Shown one piece after another: positions 1-13,378 of a stretch of DNA of 64,000 bases. A model generated the notes under the pieces. That model was not told the origin of the DNA and searched no databases. It worked only from the letters and a program-made list of their open reading frames with translations. The DNA lies in the NCBI GenBank assembly GCA_012295275.1, contig CM022676.1:13888001-13952000 (forward strand), in the 5' to 3' direction. Position numbers and translations under genes: made by a program. The stretch is from Chrysomallon squamiferum (lineage: Eukaryota > Animalia > Mollusca). Position 1 is the stretch's first letter. Each line of letters starts with the position of its first letter.

Positions 1-36
1 TTATTTATTTATATAGTTATGTATTTATTTATAGAT

Positions 37-79
<43 letters not shown>

Positions 80-86
80 TTTCTAG

Positions 87-341
87 ATGGAGTCCTTTCT
101 GTTACATTCATTCTTTCAGCTCCAGGAAACACTGTTGAAGGAGAAACTCTAAATATGACCTGTGTTGTTGATTGTGACTCATCTTGTTTCTACACGTGGA
201 GAAGTGAAGATCGGTATTTGGTCAACAGTTCTCAGTTAACTGTTGGTCCTCTCAGCAGAAATCAGACAGGACAAACATTTACATGTAAAGCAAGTAGTTC
301 TGAACTTTCAGAAAGTAACCAGTTCCAGCTTAGAGTTCGAT
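87..341 (+). CDS. Ig-like domain exon (Ig-a), module A, copy 1, of an Ig/FN3 cell-adhesion-like gene
   Basis: ttctag acceptor at 81-86 and T|gtaag donor at 342. 255 nt, phase 1-1. Translates GVLSVTF...EGETLNMTCVVDCDSSCFYTW...LTVGPLSRNQTGQTFTCKASS...FQLRVR, with the Ig C...W...C pattern. Confidence 0.85.
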
Positions 342-1086
342 GTAAGTTCCAGATTCGCAGATAAACTTACGACTTTAAATACAACAAATAATATGAGAAA
401 CACGGAATAAAAAACCAACAAAAAACATCAAGTTAAATATCGAATCCCGGTTTTTATTTTTAATTCATCCTAACAAAATCTGTTAAATGAAGACATGTTA
501 ATAAGGTATAGAAATATTTTAAAATAACATAATTTATTCAGCGGTTTCTTGAAAGTTATCGCTGTTTTATTGCTGTTTATCTACATATGAAACAAAACCT
601 CAACAAAATATTTTACGAAATAAAATGATATACAATTAGTGAGTAAAGTTTAAGAACCTTTACCAGTTTTCTCTCGCATACACTTCCAAACCACAAGTTT
701 AATGTATACTAAGAATCTGTCACTAACAATAATATATTTTTTGAATATTTTATATTACTTTTCCTTTTTTCTTTAATCTGGTCTGAACTTCTAACACTTT
801 TAAATCCAGAACTGCCTACAAAATATGTTTTAGTGACTGCAATAAAGTGTAACTATGATTATTTTCTAGCTTTTATTTATTTATTTAATTATTATGATTA
901 TTATTTCTTAAAGTTCATTATCGTTTTTTTTTTTTTTTTTGATTTTTTTCATCGTATTTGTAGCGTGGTAAACAACATTCTTTTCAATTTTAACAGAATA
1001 ATTCAAAATGAACTGGAGAAACGTGTCTGACTAGATATTGCTGTAGATGTGCTGACAGTGTTTACCTATCGTGTTGTCAGTACTTG

Positions 1087-1370
1087 TAATACTAACTTTA
1101 ACACTTGGCATATGGTAAACAGATAACTAAATCTAACTTTAAACCCAGTAATAAGGTAAACAGATAACTAAATCTAGCCATAATGCTCACTTTAACCCTA
1201 GTCATACGGTAAACAGATAACTACATTTAACCATCGTACTAACTTTAACCCTAGTCACAAGGTAAACAGATAACTAAATCTAGCCATAATACTAACTTTA
1301 ACCCTACTCATAAGGTAAAGAGATAACTAAATCTAGGCATAATACTAACATTAACCGTAGTAATAAGGTT
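1087..1370. repeat. 53-bp tandem minisatellite (about 5.5 copies; taatactaactttaaccctagtcataaggtaaacagataactaaatctagcca)
   Basis: ggt(aaa) anchors at 1114, 1155, 1208, 1261, 1314 and 1367 give a period of 53, with one shorter unit. Absent from the paralogous site near 51810. Confidence 0.85.
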
Positions 1371-1907
1371 ACATCGGGTTACGAACTTAATCCGTTCCAG
1401 AATTCGGTTCGTAAACAGAATTGTACGTAAACCCAAGAAATGTCAGACACACAAACGCCACTTTTATGTTTTGCAATTATTTCTTTCTTAACCTCTACTC
1501 TGATAGATTTATAATTTCCACCAGGATTATAGCTTTCACCTTTTGTTTTCTTGGGCATAATAGTGTGTAATAGGAATTATACACATAAAATTAGCAACAC
1601 TTTAAAATTAATGCGACCGCACAATCTAAATGCAAAAGATATTGAGCTGCAACTGCATATTAAAGACTAAATACCTAAATTCATGAAACGTATTTGCTGA
1701 AGGGCATGCCGATGATCACTACTTTGACTTCGATTTGGACGTAAGCATCTATTCTTTTCTTTACTGGATGCTGAGGTCAAAAGAAAGCTTGTCTTAGCAG
1801 GTCTCTGTAGTTCGTATCTCGTCAACCGAGACAAAATTTGCCCAAGATCACGATTCCTAATCCGAATTATTCGTGCTTCCAGGTGTTCATAGCCCGACGT
1901 TCCATTA
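1371..1907. mobile_element. Non-autonomous pogo/Tigger-like MITE, left TIR truncated
   Basis: Near-identical to 51848-52391. The right end gttcatagcccgacgttccatta is the inverted match of cagtggaacatcgggttacgaac. Confidence 0.65.
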
Positions 1908-2177
1908 AAACAAATTAACAATTCTTCTTAAATATCTTTCCTACATTAAGTGATAATGAAACAAATTATTGCTTTAGTTCTTTTCCTGGTTCTATTTTAA
2001 TTTACTAGTAGTGAAAATAAAAGAGCGTTTAGACAATGTTTATGTTTCCACATGCACAGATACAGAATTGCTTTTAGAGTAAGATACTAAACATTTTATT
2101 ACTAGTGTTTGAAAGATTTCACATCTTTATCAAACGTTAGTGATTTTACACGTGGTAAATGTTTTCTATCATTGCAG

Positions 2178-2448
2178 ACCAAACTTCTATTACATCTTTG
2201 ACCTTAAACTCCAATTCTACAAAGTTAACAATTGACTCCCATGACTCTGAGATGTGAAGTTGACAGTAATCCAGCATCTCACATCAAACTGTTAAACAAC
2301 TCACACATTCTACGTGAAGTGAACAACTCCAAGTCAGTGCAGTACAGCTGGAATGAAGCTGGATGTCTGGATACAGGAGTTTACACTTGTGAAGCAGGAA
2401 ACAACGTCAAGTCTGATGTCAGTCAAAGCGTGCAGCTTATTGTTAAAT
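2178..2448 (+). pseudogene. Ig-like domain exon (Ig-b), module A, copy 1, frameshifted
   Basis: ttgcag acceptor and AAAT|gtaact donor. Encodes LRCEVDSNP...CLDTGVYTCEAGN. 271 nt versus 279 nt in the other three copies, from a net 8-nt deletion near 2231. Confidence 0.8.
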
Positions 2449-2927
2449 GTAACTGTTATTTGTAACACAAATTAGAATATCAGTAATAACAGAAATAACA
2501 AATTACAAACATAGATACATTTAAGACACACAATAACATACACACACGTGAATAAGTGCGCGCGCATGTTTCTTTCTTATTCTCATATGGTCATGTTTAT
2601 CAACGTTAGTTAGCCTGACTGTCTTTCTGTCTACAAGGTTCACTAAGGATTCCCGAGTATATTAATTCTGATATCAGTAAAAGGGTGCAGCTTGTTGTTA
2701 AATGTAACACAAATTACAATATCAGTAATCAGTAATCGTAAAATAAGCAACATGCACACACATACATCTAAATGTATGCACACAAACACATACATTGAGA
2801 CACATACACAAAGATATATATAGAATCATGATCAGACACATAAACACACACACGCACACTTTCTTCCTTCATCTGATATGGTCATGTTTTGAACGTTAAT
2901 TACCCTGACTTTCTTTCTGCCTACTAG

Positions 2928-3112
2928 GTCCACCGAGGATTCCTTCCAATGTGAACATAAAGAGAATCAGCTCTTCTGCCATCTCAGTGTCTTGGACAGA
3001 GGAATTTAACGGCGGCTTCGTGCAAACATTCATTGTACAGAACAGAGGATTTTGGCTTATAACAAATACGGAGTTAAAGGTTTCACAGTTGAGAGAGATA
3101 CTTTTATGATAG
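2928..3112 (+). pseudogene. Fibronectin type III exon, module A, copy 1, internally deleted
   Basis: Encodes CPPRIPSNVNIKRISSSAISVSWTEEFNGGFVQTFIVQ, then lacks about 105 nt present at 53548-53652 (GAG microhomology), so the rest is out of frame. Donor AG|gtacgt. Confidence 0.8.
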
Positions 3113-3971
3113 GTACGTGTATTAATAAACAGGTAATATACATTTCAAGGTCATTACGTAAATGTCATTTGATTTACTTCCAGTCTTATTAGAACTGGAA
3201 CATAGTTATATAGTTTATTTTATCATCAACATTTTAGAAATCACCAATTGTGTTGTGTTATATTGTACAATTGAAAACAAATTTATTGGATAGATAAATA
3301 ATAGGTAATGATGATAATAGTGTGTTAACGATCGTATCTTTTGTTTGTATGCAGAACTGAAACAAAACAAAACTGTAATTTCATTAGCACGATTCTTTAA
3401 TCATATATTCTATAAAACATATTAAAATAAGAAATTAGAATAAATTAGTAGTTTCCTTTTCCATATTAGAATTACTTCTCAGCAAATTTGAGATACAATA
3501 AATCTGTAAAAAAATTAAATTTAATCATCGTTATTTTTCTAAATTCTGCTTTACATAACAATTATTATTATTATTATTAGTAGTAGTAGTAATACTAGTA
3601 GTAGCAGTAGTAGTAGCAGCAGTAGTACTAGTAGTAGTAGTGGTAGTAGTAGTCGTAGAGTACGTAATAGTAGTAGTAGCAGCAGTATTTTTGAATCACT
3701 TATCTTGTTTCTTGTCATAATGCATTAAAACTCTCAGATTCACTTATGAACGTGGATTGGTATATTTTTGTCTTCGACTTCTTCGCACATTTACCGTTCA
3801 AACAGAAACTTAGAGATCTATCTTAATGTTTCCAAATCTACATTTCATTTCCGGTTACAAATATGCACATTATTTCTTTCCTTCTTTTTCTTTCTTTCTT
3901 GCTTTCTTTCTTTACTTATTTCTTTCGTTATATATAAATATTCTTTCATTTACTTATTTATTTATTTATAG

Positions 3972-4226
3972 ATCGAGTCCTCTCGGTTATATTTAGTCCT
4001 TCAACTCCAAGAAACAGTGTTGAAGGAGAAACTCTAAATTTGACCTGTGTTGCTGATTGTGACTCATCTTGTGTCTACACGTGGAGAAGTGAAGATCGGT
4101 ATTTGGTCAACAGCTCTCAGTTAACTGTTGGTCCTGTCAGCAGAAATCAGACAGGGCAAACATTTACGTGTACTGCAAGTAATAATGGACTTTCAGGAAG
4201 TAACCAGTTCCAGCTTATAATTCGCT
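3972..4226 (+). CDS. Ig-a exon, module B, copy 1
   Basis: ttatag acceptor and T|gtacgt donor. 255 nt, phase 1-1, open. Paralogous to 87-341. Confidence 0.85.
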
Positions 4227-4877
4227 GTACGTTCCAGATTCAGACATAAACTTACAGCTTTAAATACTCAAAGAATATGTCAAAAAGAGTAGAAAAAATT
4301 GAAAAATACATATTAAGATAAGCATTAAATACCATCTTGATTTCTAATTCGTATCAACAAAATGAGTGTTATGTGAAAGCATGATAATAGAATATAAGAA
4401 TTTCGTAAATTAACATAATTTATGCATGGGTTTCTTCATAATTTCTTCTTCCGCTGCCATTTCTCACTCGCGCTAAAATTCTAATTTAGTACACACAGTT
4501 GAAGAATTCTTTTCTATTTCTCACTCGCACTAAGAGCGTTATTTCAGCTTTGTCACTTTAGAACCAGCATATTATTGGTGTATATCCCGTTTTTACAGGC
4601 ATTGACTTCCAAACCTGTAATGCTTCATCTATCTGTCATAATAATCTGTGTTTTCATTAAATTTTAAAATATATTCCAGCTTTTCTTAATTCTGAACTGA
4701 AGTTGGAACGTTATTCAATCAAGAACTTGGATGTCTCTTATTGAGTTCCAACGAGAGGCAACTGTCTGTAGAATCACTTTCATCTTCCGCTTTAAAGACT
4801 TCTTCAAAGATCTAAGTGTTATCATGATTTCTTTTAGAAAGTTCATTACATGATCTGTTTGTTAGTTGTTGTTTTTC

Positions 4878-4910
<33 letters not shown>

Positions 4911-5384
4911 TTAATTCATCCATGTTAAGTGAAATTCTTGTCATCTTTAAACAAATGTTCAGAGTGAACTGGAGAAACGTATCTGACTAGATAATGCTGT
5001 AGATGTGATGACACTATTTACGCATCATGTTCCCAGCACTTGTGTGAAAAACTTCAACCTGATTTTGTTTTAGCGATGCACAATAAACACTTCTTTATAA
5101 ATATCTTTCCTACATTACGTGATCATCAATAGTACTTTCCTTTGATGATCTTTCTAAGTTAATTCGAATTTACTCACAGAGGAATATTAAAGTAAAACTA
5201 TTGTAGACTATCTTTTTATCTCCACAACATACATACATACAGATCTGGAGTAAAACGACTGACACTGTTTTAGTATTTAGCACTATGTGGTAATGAACAT
5301 TAAAGTATTAGTTTTCGACTTGTTTCACCTTGCAGCTCAATGATAGCTGATTTCACGAATAGCACATGTAATTAATCATTGCAG

Positions 5385-5663
5385 ACCAAACTTCTATCAC
5401 ATCTTTGACGTTCAACTCGAAGTCTACAAAGTTAACAGTTGATGAGTTGACTCCCATGACTCTGAGATGTGAAGTTGACAGTAATCCAGCATCTCACATC
5501 AAGCTCTTAAACAACTCACACATTCTACGTGAAGTGAACAACTCCAAGTCAGTGGAGTACAGCTGGAATGAAGCTGGATGTCTGGATACAGGATTTTACA
5601 CTTGTGAAGCAGGAAACAACGTCAAGTCTGATGTCAATCAAAGCGTGCAGCTTATTGTTAAAT
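5385..5663 (+). CDS. Ig-b exon, module B, copy 1
   Basis: 279 nt, phase 1-1, open. QTSITSLTFNSKSTKLTVDELTPMTLRCEVDSNP...DTGFYTCEAGN...VQLIVK. Confidence 0.85.
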
Positions 5664-5964
5664 GTAACTGTTTTTTAACACAAATTAGAATATCAGTAAT
5701 AATGGAAATAGCAACTTGCACACATACACACATTTACACATGCATACATTTATGTGCGCGCATTCTTATTACAATATGGTCATGTTTATCAACGTTAGTT
5801 AGCCTGATTGTCTTTCTGCCTACAAGGTACACTGAGGATTCCCGAGTGTATACATGTATATATAGAGACGCAGATACAAACACTCATATGCACATTTTTT
5901 TCTTTCTTCTCATATGGTCATGTTTTCCAACATTAATTAGCCTGCCTGTGTTTTTTCCTACAAG

Positions 5965-6213
5965 GTACACCCAGCCCTCCTTCCAATGTGAGGCTGCAGA
6001 GAATCAGCTCTTCTGCCATCTCAGTGTCTTGGACAGAGGAATTTAACGGTGGCTTCGTGCAAACATTCATTTTACAGTACATAGAAAACACGTCAACCGA
6101 TACAACAGTGATAGCGCCTCTGAAATCAGACACGAAGTATCTTGTGAGAATGTTGGCTTACAATAAATACGGAGTTAAAGGTTTTACAAATGAGAGATAT
6201 GTTTTGATGAAAG
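5965..6213 (+). CDS. FN3 exon, module B, copy 1 (in-frame 17-aa internal deletion)
   Basis: CTPSPPSNV...VSWTEEFNGG...LKSDTKYLVRMLAYNKYG carries the FN3 W and L-x-x-x-T-x-Y motifs. Donor AAG|gtacct. 51 nt shorter than the copy at 56600. Confidence 0.8.
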
Positions 6214-6218
6214 GTACC

Positions 6219-6880
6219 TTGTCATATATAATATTTTGATTACTGACAAAGGTCATTTTATTAATACATCATCACATGATAATTCAGATCAAAATAAGTA
6301 ATAACATTCATTAAAAAGTTCAACATAGAAGCAAATTAATCAACGCCCTCTCAGTTTCGCCGAACTGTTGTAATGCTTTTATCCGAGTTTGCAAAAATTG
6401 TAAACAATAGATGCACTGATGTAAACCTTAATTAATATTTCTAATAACAGAAGAAAATAATAATAAAAAAAAATGAACAAATTGTCCATCTTATTTATTA
6501 TTGATTATATAAAATAATCAATAAAATATAATGTGGTTGTTGTTGTTGCTATGTGTAAAAGTTACCATCATAAGAGGAGCACTAACTAGAAATACGAACT
6601 CAAAAATAACATTTTTCCAATGGGAAATCAAGTTATTATTTTACAGGAAACAAACCTGATTAATCAGTGATTTACTTTTTTCTCATTATAATTATAATAT
6701 TAATAAAAGTTACACTCATCTACAAACATCATTTCCAAGTGTAACTAATATAAAGCCACTCCCTCAATTTCGCCGAACTGTGGCCATCTTGTGTGTATTT
6801 TGTAAAGATCCACCATAATTGTTGCTCCGGTGTAAACCTTAATTTAAAAAAGAATAACAATAAAAAAAGAAATGAAATGA

Positions 6881-6933
<53 letters not shown>

Positions 6934-7067
6934 TAAAATAAAATAAAATAAAATAAAATTACATTACATTAAAACAAAATAAAGTAAAACAAAAAAATTA
7001 AAGAAACAGAGATATTATAAACTGTTTGATTTAGCCCACATTTTCGTTTTTCTGATAATTAGCACGC

Positions 7068-7116
<49 letters not shown>

Positions 7117-7790
7117 TTTGTTGTTATTCTAAGACAAAAGAAAAACAGCTGATTTTAGATATAGAACTTTCAAAATCTTTAAAAAGAAAAAGACTACAAA
7201 CAATAATGCTATAATAAATCAATTAATAATTGGTCAGTATTTCGCGACCAGGAAACAAAAATGTCCGGTTTTCTTCATCTAGACACCTGCATGGAAAACT
7301 AATCAAAAATAAGTAAAATACGACTTGTCATATATGATATTTTGATTACTGACAAAGGTCATTTTATTAATACATCATCATATAATAATTCAGATCAAAA
7401 TAAGTAATAACATTCATTAAAAATTTCAACATGGAAGCAAATTAAACAACGCCCTCTCAGTTTCGCCGAACTGTCGTAATGCTTGTATCCGAGTTTGAAA
7501 AAATTGTCAACAATATATGCACTGATGTAAACCTTAATTAATATTTCTAATAACAGAAGAAAATAATTATTAAAATAAATGAACAAATTGTCCATCTTAT
7601 TTATTATTGATTATATAAAATAATCAATAAAATATAATGTGGTTGTTGTTGCTATGTGTAAAAGTTACCATCATAAGAGGAGCACTAACTAGAAACACGA
7701 ACACAAAAATTAAATTTTTCAATGGGAAATCAAGTTATTATTTTACAGGAAACAAACCCGATTAATCAGTGATTTACTTTTTTCATTATT
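6219..7790. repeat. About 470-bp direct repeat pair (about 6219-6690 and 7325-7790)
   Basis: Shared text from ttgtcatatat..attttgattactgacaaaggtc to aatcagtgatttacttttt. The pair recurs at about 56899-57365 and 58017-58490. Confidence 0.85.
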
Positions 7791-8570
7791 TGAAATAAAA
7801 TACCAATTTTGATCATTCGTCTAACTTTTAATATGAAGCTAACTAACCTGACTCAAAACAATCAAAAGAGATTAATAAATAAAATAAAATTTATTTTAAA
7901 AACCCTACAAAACAAAATTGATCAAGTATTTATGAAATAAAAAGTAATATACAAAGATCAATTAAATATATTTTAAACAATGAAATAAAATTAGGTTCTA
8001 AATTTTTGTTATATTACTTTCTTGAATTCGATAAACTGATGTATATGTGGCTGTAATTGATTTCTATATTACAAAAATGTAAGATATTCCTAGAATAATT
8101 TAAAATGAGTAAATTCTTCTTCTGTGCTATGATTCTCTTTTCCACTGTCTCTAAACATATATATATCAATTACATTTTTATTTATTATTTTATACAATGT
8201 TTTTTTTTTCAAATTCTTCTTAACAATATTATTAAAAACATGTAATTCTCTTATCATTAGTTCTTTATATGTGATTCTATTTTTGTTAATTTTCAACTGC
8301 TTTCTTCATTTTTTGCTACTGATTTAATTGTGTTTTTGTTAAACTTTTGTTCTGTGTTTATTTATTAATTATTTCTTTATTTAGGTTTTAAGTATATATA
8401 TATTAAATATATATATATGTAACGAAAGCCATGATTTCTTTATGGAATAAATATAAAAGTAATGTGCATTTGTTCTTTACATGTCTTTTTTGTTTTAAAA
8501 ATTATTTAATTAATGTTTCTTCTACTTCTTCTTTTTCATCATCATCATCTTCTTCTTCTTCTTCTTCTTC

Positions 8571-8677
<107 letters not shown>

Positions 8678-9063
8678 TTTCTTATTATTCTATTTATTTT
8701 ACCTTTTACTATTATTCATTATTTATTTATTTTTATTCTTTTTTTAGCTTCTGATCTTCAGTTGTCTCAGAAATAATTAAAACAAATAAATAATAATAAA
8801 TACATTTTTTTAAAAAAAAGAGGAAAAAAGAGGGATAAAAAATCAGATTTCTTTGATGAAACAGTTTCTTTTACTAGATAACAGACATCCTCAATTCCTT
8901 ATTAATGAAGTGGTGGCCTATCACAAGATCATACATGCTTCTTTCAGGCCTACACATTTTCCAGGTAGAAACACTAGACCAGGTCAATGAGTGCAAGAAG
9001 AAATATGAGAAAAGTGAATGTTAAAGTTTGGTTTATAAGTCCCCAGATAGAGCTGCTGCTTGT

Positions 9064-9128
<65 letters not shown>

Positions 9129-9820
9129 CAATGAAAATTAAAATTAAAGTTATCTTTAATTCAGTAAATCCAAGGCTTTGTTTACAAGAGGTTTAGGACC
9201 AGTGTTATCAAGGTTAGGAACAGATTTAAATACAAACTCATCTCAACACACATTTCATAAAACATACTAAAAGATAAAATTATTGTTAATTAATTATAAT
9301 TGAAACTGACCTTTTTCTCATTTTTTTCAATTGTATTTATTTATTTTTTCAGACTTTTACAACGAGAGTCTAGGCCTAGGCCAGCATTGTCAGGATTTGG
9401 GTTTGATATCAGTTTTAACTTTTAATATAAAACATGATGAACAATATGTACAAGTCTTAAAATGATAGTTTTTTTTTTTTTTTTTTTCACATATACATGT
9501 ATTTAATAAAATTTCTGTCTTTCTTTCTTTATTAAAGTGCATTTGTTCTGTCTAAGCCACTTTCTATTTAAAACTATTTGTTTATTTGCTAGGGTAGATT
9601 TTATTTTTGAGATATTACGGACATCAGCAGCTATTCGGTTTACAACAAATAAATTATGTTGATAATTAAACACTGTCATGTTGTTTTCATTTTATTTTTC
9701 TCAGTTTGATCCACATTATAAGCAGCATTGATATTTGTTAGAGTTACCTCCCTGCTGAAAGCAAGATAACTGTCCTGATCATTCATTTTTTATTTTGGTG
9801 ATTGATTCACAAACATAACA

Positions 9821-9884
<64 letters not shown>

Positions 9885-11152
9885 TATTCCTGTAGTACTG
9901 ACTGCCAAGTACTATGTGGTTTAAGTGAAATACTAATACAGTAGATGTGTACAAAATTAGGATAAAAAAATGGCTGTTTAACTGAAACTTAAACACAAAA
10001 TTAAAATGAAATTTTGAAATCTGTGTTAAATATTTTGGATAACTAGTGTTAGGTAAACTTTCAAGAGATATTGTTCAAAACTGAAATTAATATTAGTTTA
10101 CATTTATGTATAATTTTTATTTTCTATGTAAAATAATTCTAAATACACTAGATGTGATAGATTTTCAGATATACCAATACTGGATTTAGTTATTTCATAA
10201 ATTATTAAACCGAGTAATGTCGAGTATCTATTTTGTAAGATTCTACATTTTAATGTAAATAATTGTGTAAGAAAAAACCTTAGTAGTTTTAGTCTAATTA
10301 ATTTCAATAATTTCTTTCTTAAAAAAAAATAAAATAAAATAAAAGTAAAAAATATAAAATAAAATAAAATAAAATAAAATAAAATAAATAAATAAATACT
10401 AATAATAATAATAATAATAAAAATAATAATGAAATGAACTGTTCAGTTGAAACAAAATGTTCACTGAAAGTGAGTCGCCATATATACCTGTATCTAATAA
10501 AGTAATTAAAGCTGTAATAACACATATATATAAAAAGATTTCACCTGTTTATATTCATTAGAAAACTATTATCAACACACATATAGAAAATCACCAGTGG
10601 GCAAGGGGTGAAGTGATTGTTGCTGTTTGCACAGATCTTGTTTAGAGAACCGCAAAGAAGAATAGATGCTATACATATTTTAACAAATCATTAATAGGAG
10701 AAGATAAATTTAAATAGTTCTCCAATACATTTAAAATAGTTATAATTCTCGTAACATAAAGTCACTGTGAATTCATGGTCAGAAGAGTATAACAGTTTTA
10801 TAATACCTTAAAAAATCAAACCCAAAAAAAATAACAAGAACAAACAAAAATGTTAATTCAGTAACAGAAAAATAAAAAGAGAAAAAGAATAAGAATAAAG
10901 GCTAGTGCTTCTACTACTGCTCTGTTGAACTACTACCAATGATAATAAAGTATATGATAGACAATTAGGAAAACCTGAAATAAAGAATTTGAATTCAATT
11001 TTAATCTTAAAAAAAAAAAATAAAAAAAAATAAATAAATAAAAATAAAATATCGAGATATTCATTGTAGCGGTCTAAGGGGAACAACTCTATTTTAGTAT
11101 CGTGATCTAATTGGAAATTCGCACTTAACAACAAATAAATATATTTGAACTT

Positions 11153-11183
<31 letters not shown>

Positions 11184-11520
11184 AAGTCACAAATCAGTTG
11201 TTTTATCTTCCCCCATATCGTAAATGATTTTTAAAATTGCTTACCGTGCTTGAATTCGGAATAGGTACTTTTTTTTTTTTTTTTTTGTTTTTGTCTTTCT
11301 CTTAATAAAAATCTGCATTTTTTTATTTTATATTAATTATTTGAAGCGATTTCATTTTTTTCTTTCTTTTTTAATCCATAATTAATTATACACTGCATTA
11401 AATCGAAAACAAGTAAAATTATGGTGTAAGGGAAACAACTCTAAAATGATGTTTCAACTTACCTATTTCCGTTAACTACGTTTCTTATTCTTTTTATATA
11501 TATATAATAAATAAATACAA

Positions 11521-11586
<66 letters not shown>

Positions 11587-11807
11587 GTAAATAAAAAAAG
11601 GGAAAACGACAACAACTATTTACATTTATTTAGTATTAGAGAATAAATACAAATCAAATGTTATTTACATTTACTATAACATCAGTAAATTCTTCTTGCA
11701 AAACTTTCTATTAGAGTTATTCCCTTTAAACCTTAAATTTACTTATTTAATTTAATTTTTTCATTTCATTTATTTATTTATTTATTTATTATTATTATTA
11801 TTATTAA

Positions 11808-11861
<54 letters not shown>

Positions 11862-12255
11862 CATCATCATCATCATTTTATTTTCACCTATTATGATCAC
11901 AGACATATCACTTAAAATGTTTATTTCATTTATTTATTTTATAACTCTTTCGTCGTTTTATTTCTTATTTCTTTATTCAAATTATAAACTGATATATTAA
12001 AAGTTAATCAACACACTGACCAGATGGAATAAATTATGTAAATTCCAAATTGGAGTTACTCCCCTTAGACCGTAAATTCACTTTTCTTGATAATATTTTC
12101 TAAGATATAGATAAAAATAAGTTTTAATTTTAGATTTAATTTAGGAAGATAATTCAGCTATAAATTTCCCCTTAGACCGTAAATGTGCCATTTTTGATCA
12201 ATCAATGCAGATAATTTAATTCTTCTTTCTTTTTTGTTTTCAGAAACTGAAACGT

Positions 12256-12344
<89 letters not shown>

Positions 12345-12645
12345 AAATAAAGAAATTAATTAAGTATTTTTCAGTTATTAAAACCAAATATGATTAAGCT
12401 TTTGCAATTTTCCGTTATTATGATAAGAGAAATATTACATATACATTTTGTCTTATTTTGTTTATTTTATAACTCTTATTCCATGCTTATTTATTATTTC
12501 TTTATTTGAATTTTAAATTGATATACTAAAATTCAATCAAAGGACTAACCAGATGGAATAATTATTAAGCAGATTTCTTGTTTACTTTTCCTTCCTAAAT
12601 AAACATTTTAAGGTTATTCCAAAAAATGGCATTTTAGTTTCATAT

Positions 12646-12693
<48 letters not shown>

Positions 12694-13332
12694 TAATTAA
12701 TTTTAAGTTGCAGGTTGAGAATCCTCAATTTCAGATTTTAAAGAGTTTAGGATATAAAGAGGTAGCCTGAGTGTAGGATCTAAGTCTAAATACAAACTCT
12801 GTTTATATTTTATACACAGTTTATGCAAACAGTTTTCAGCTCATATGATAACAGAAGTATAACTTAGACTCGTTGTTTTCCTTTATTTATTTATTTTATT
12901 TTATTAGAATAAATATAAAAATAAAATTACTTTGTTTTTTGCATTTCTTTTTTATTTTATTTCATTAGCTATCACCATCTTTTTCACATTTTTTAGCTTC
13001 TGTGATACATTTATCATGTCTTATTATTACATAAGAAAGATTTCCATCTTGGTTAATTAATTAACATATTAATATGCACTTCATATACTTCTTTATATGT
13101 AGATGATTATAATTTCCTACTTGATCTCTAGGAATTCCTTAGGCTGTATCCACTAAAGGCCATGAATGGATTGCAGCAAATCCATTGTAGTGTCAAACCT
13201 AGTTTTACATCCATTGTGTGTTTAGTAAGTGTTTTTATAACCTTTATTAATTTATTAAATTTACCTTTATTATTTTTGGTTTTGTTTCTGTAGAATTATT
13301 CTGTTTGTGCCATTTTTTTTATAATGACATTC

Positions 13333-13378
<46 letters not shown>

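Noticed and set aside
1667-1921. 84-aa minus-strand ORF conserved at 52151-52405
   Set aside because: It lies within the MITE and overlaps its TIR, shows no transposase motif, and is conserved only because the duplication is recent.
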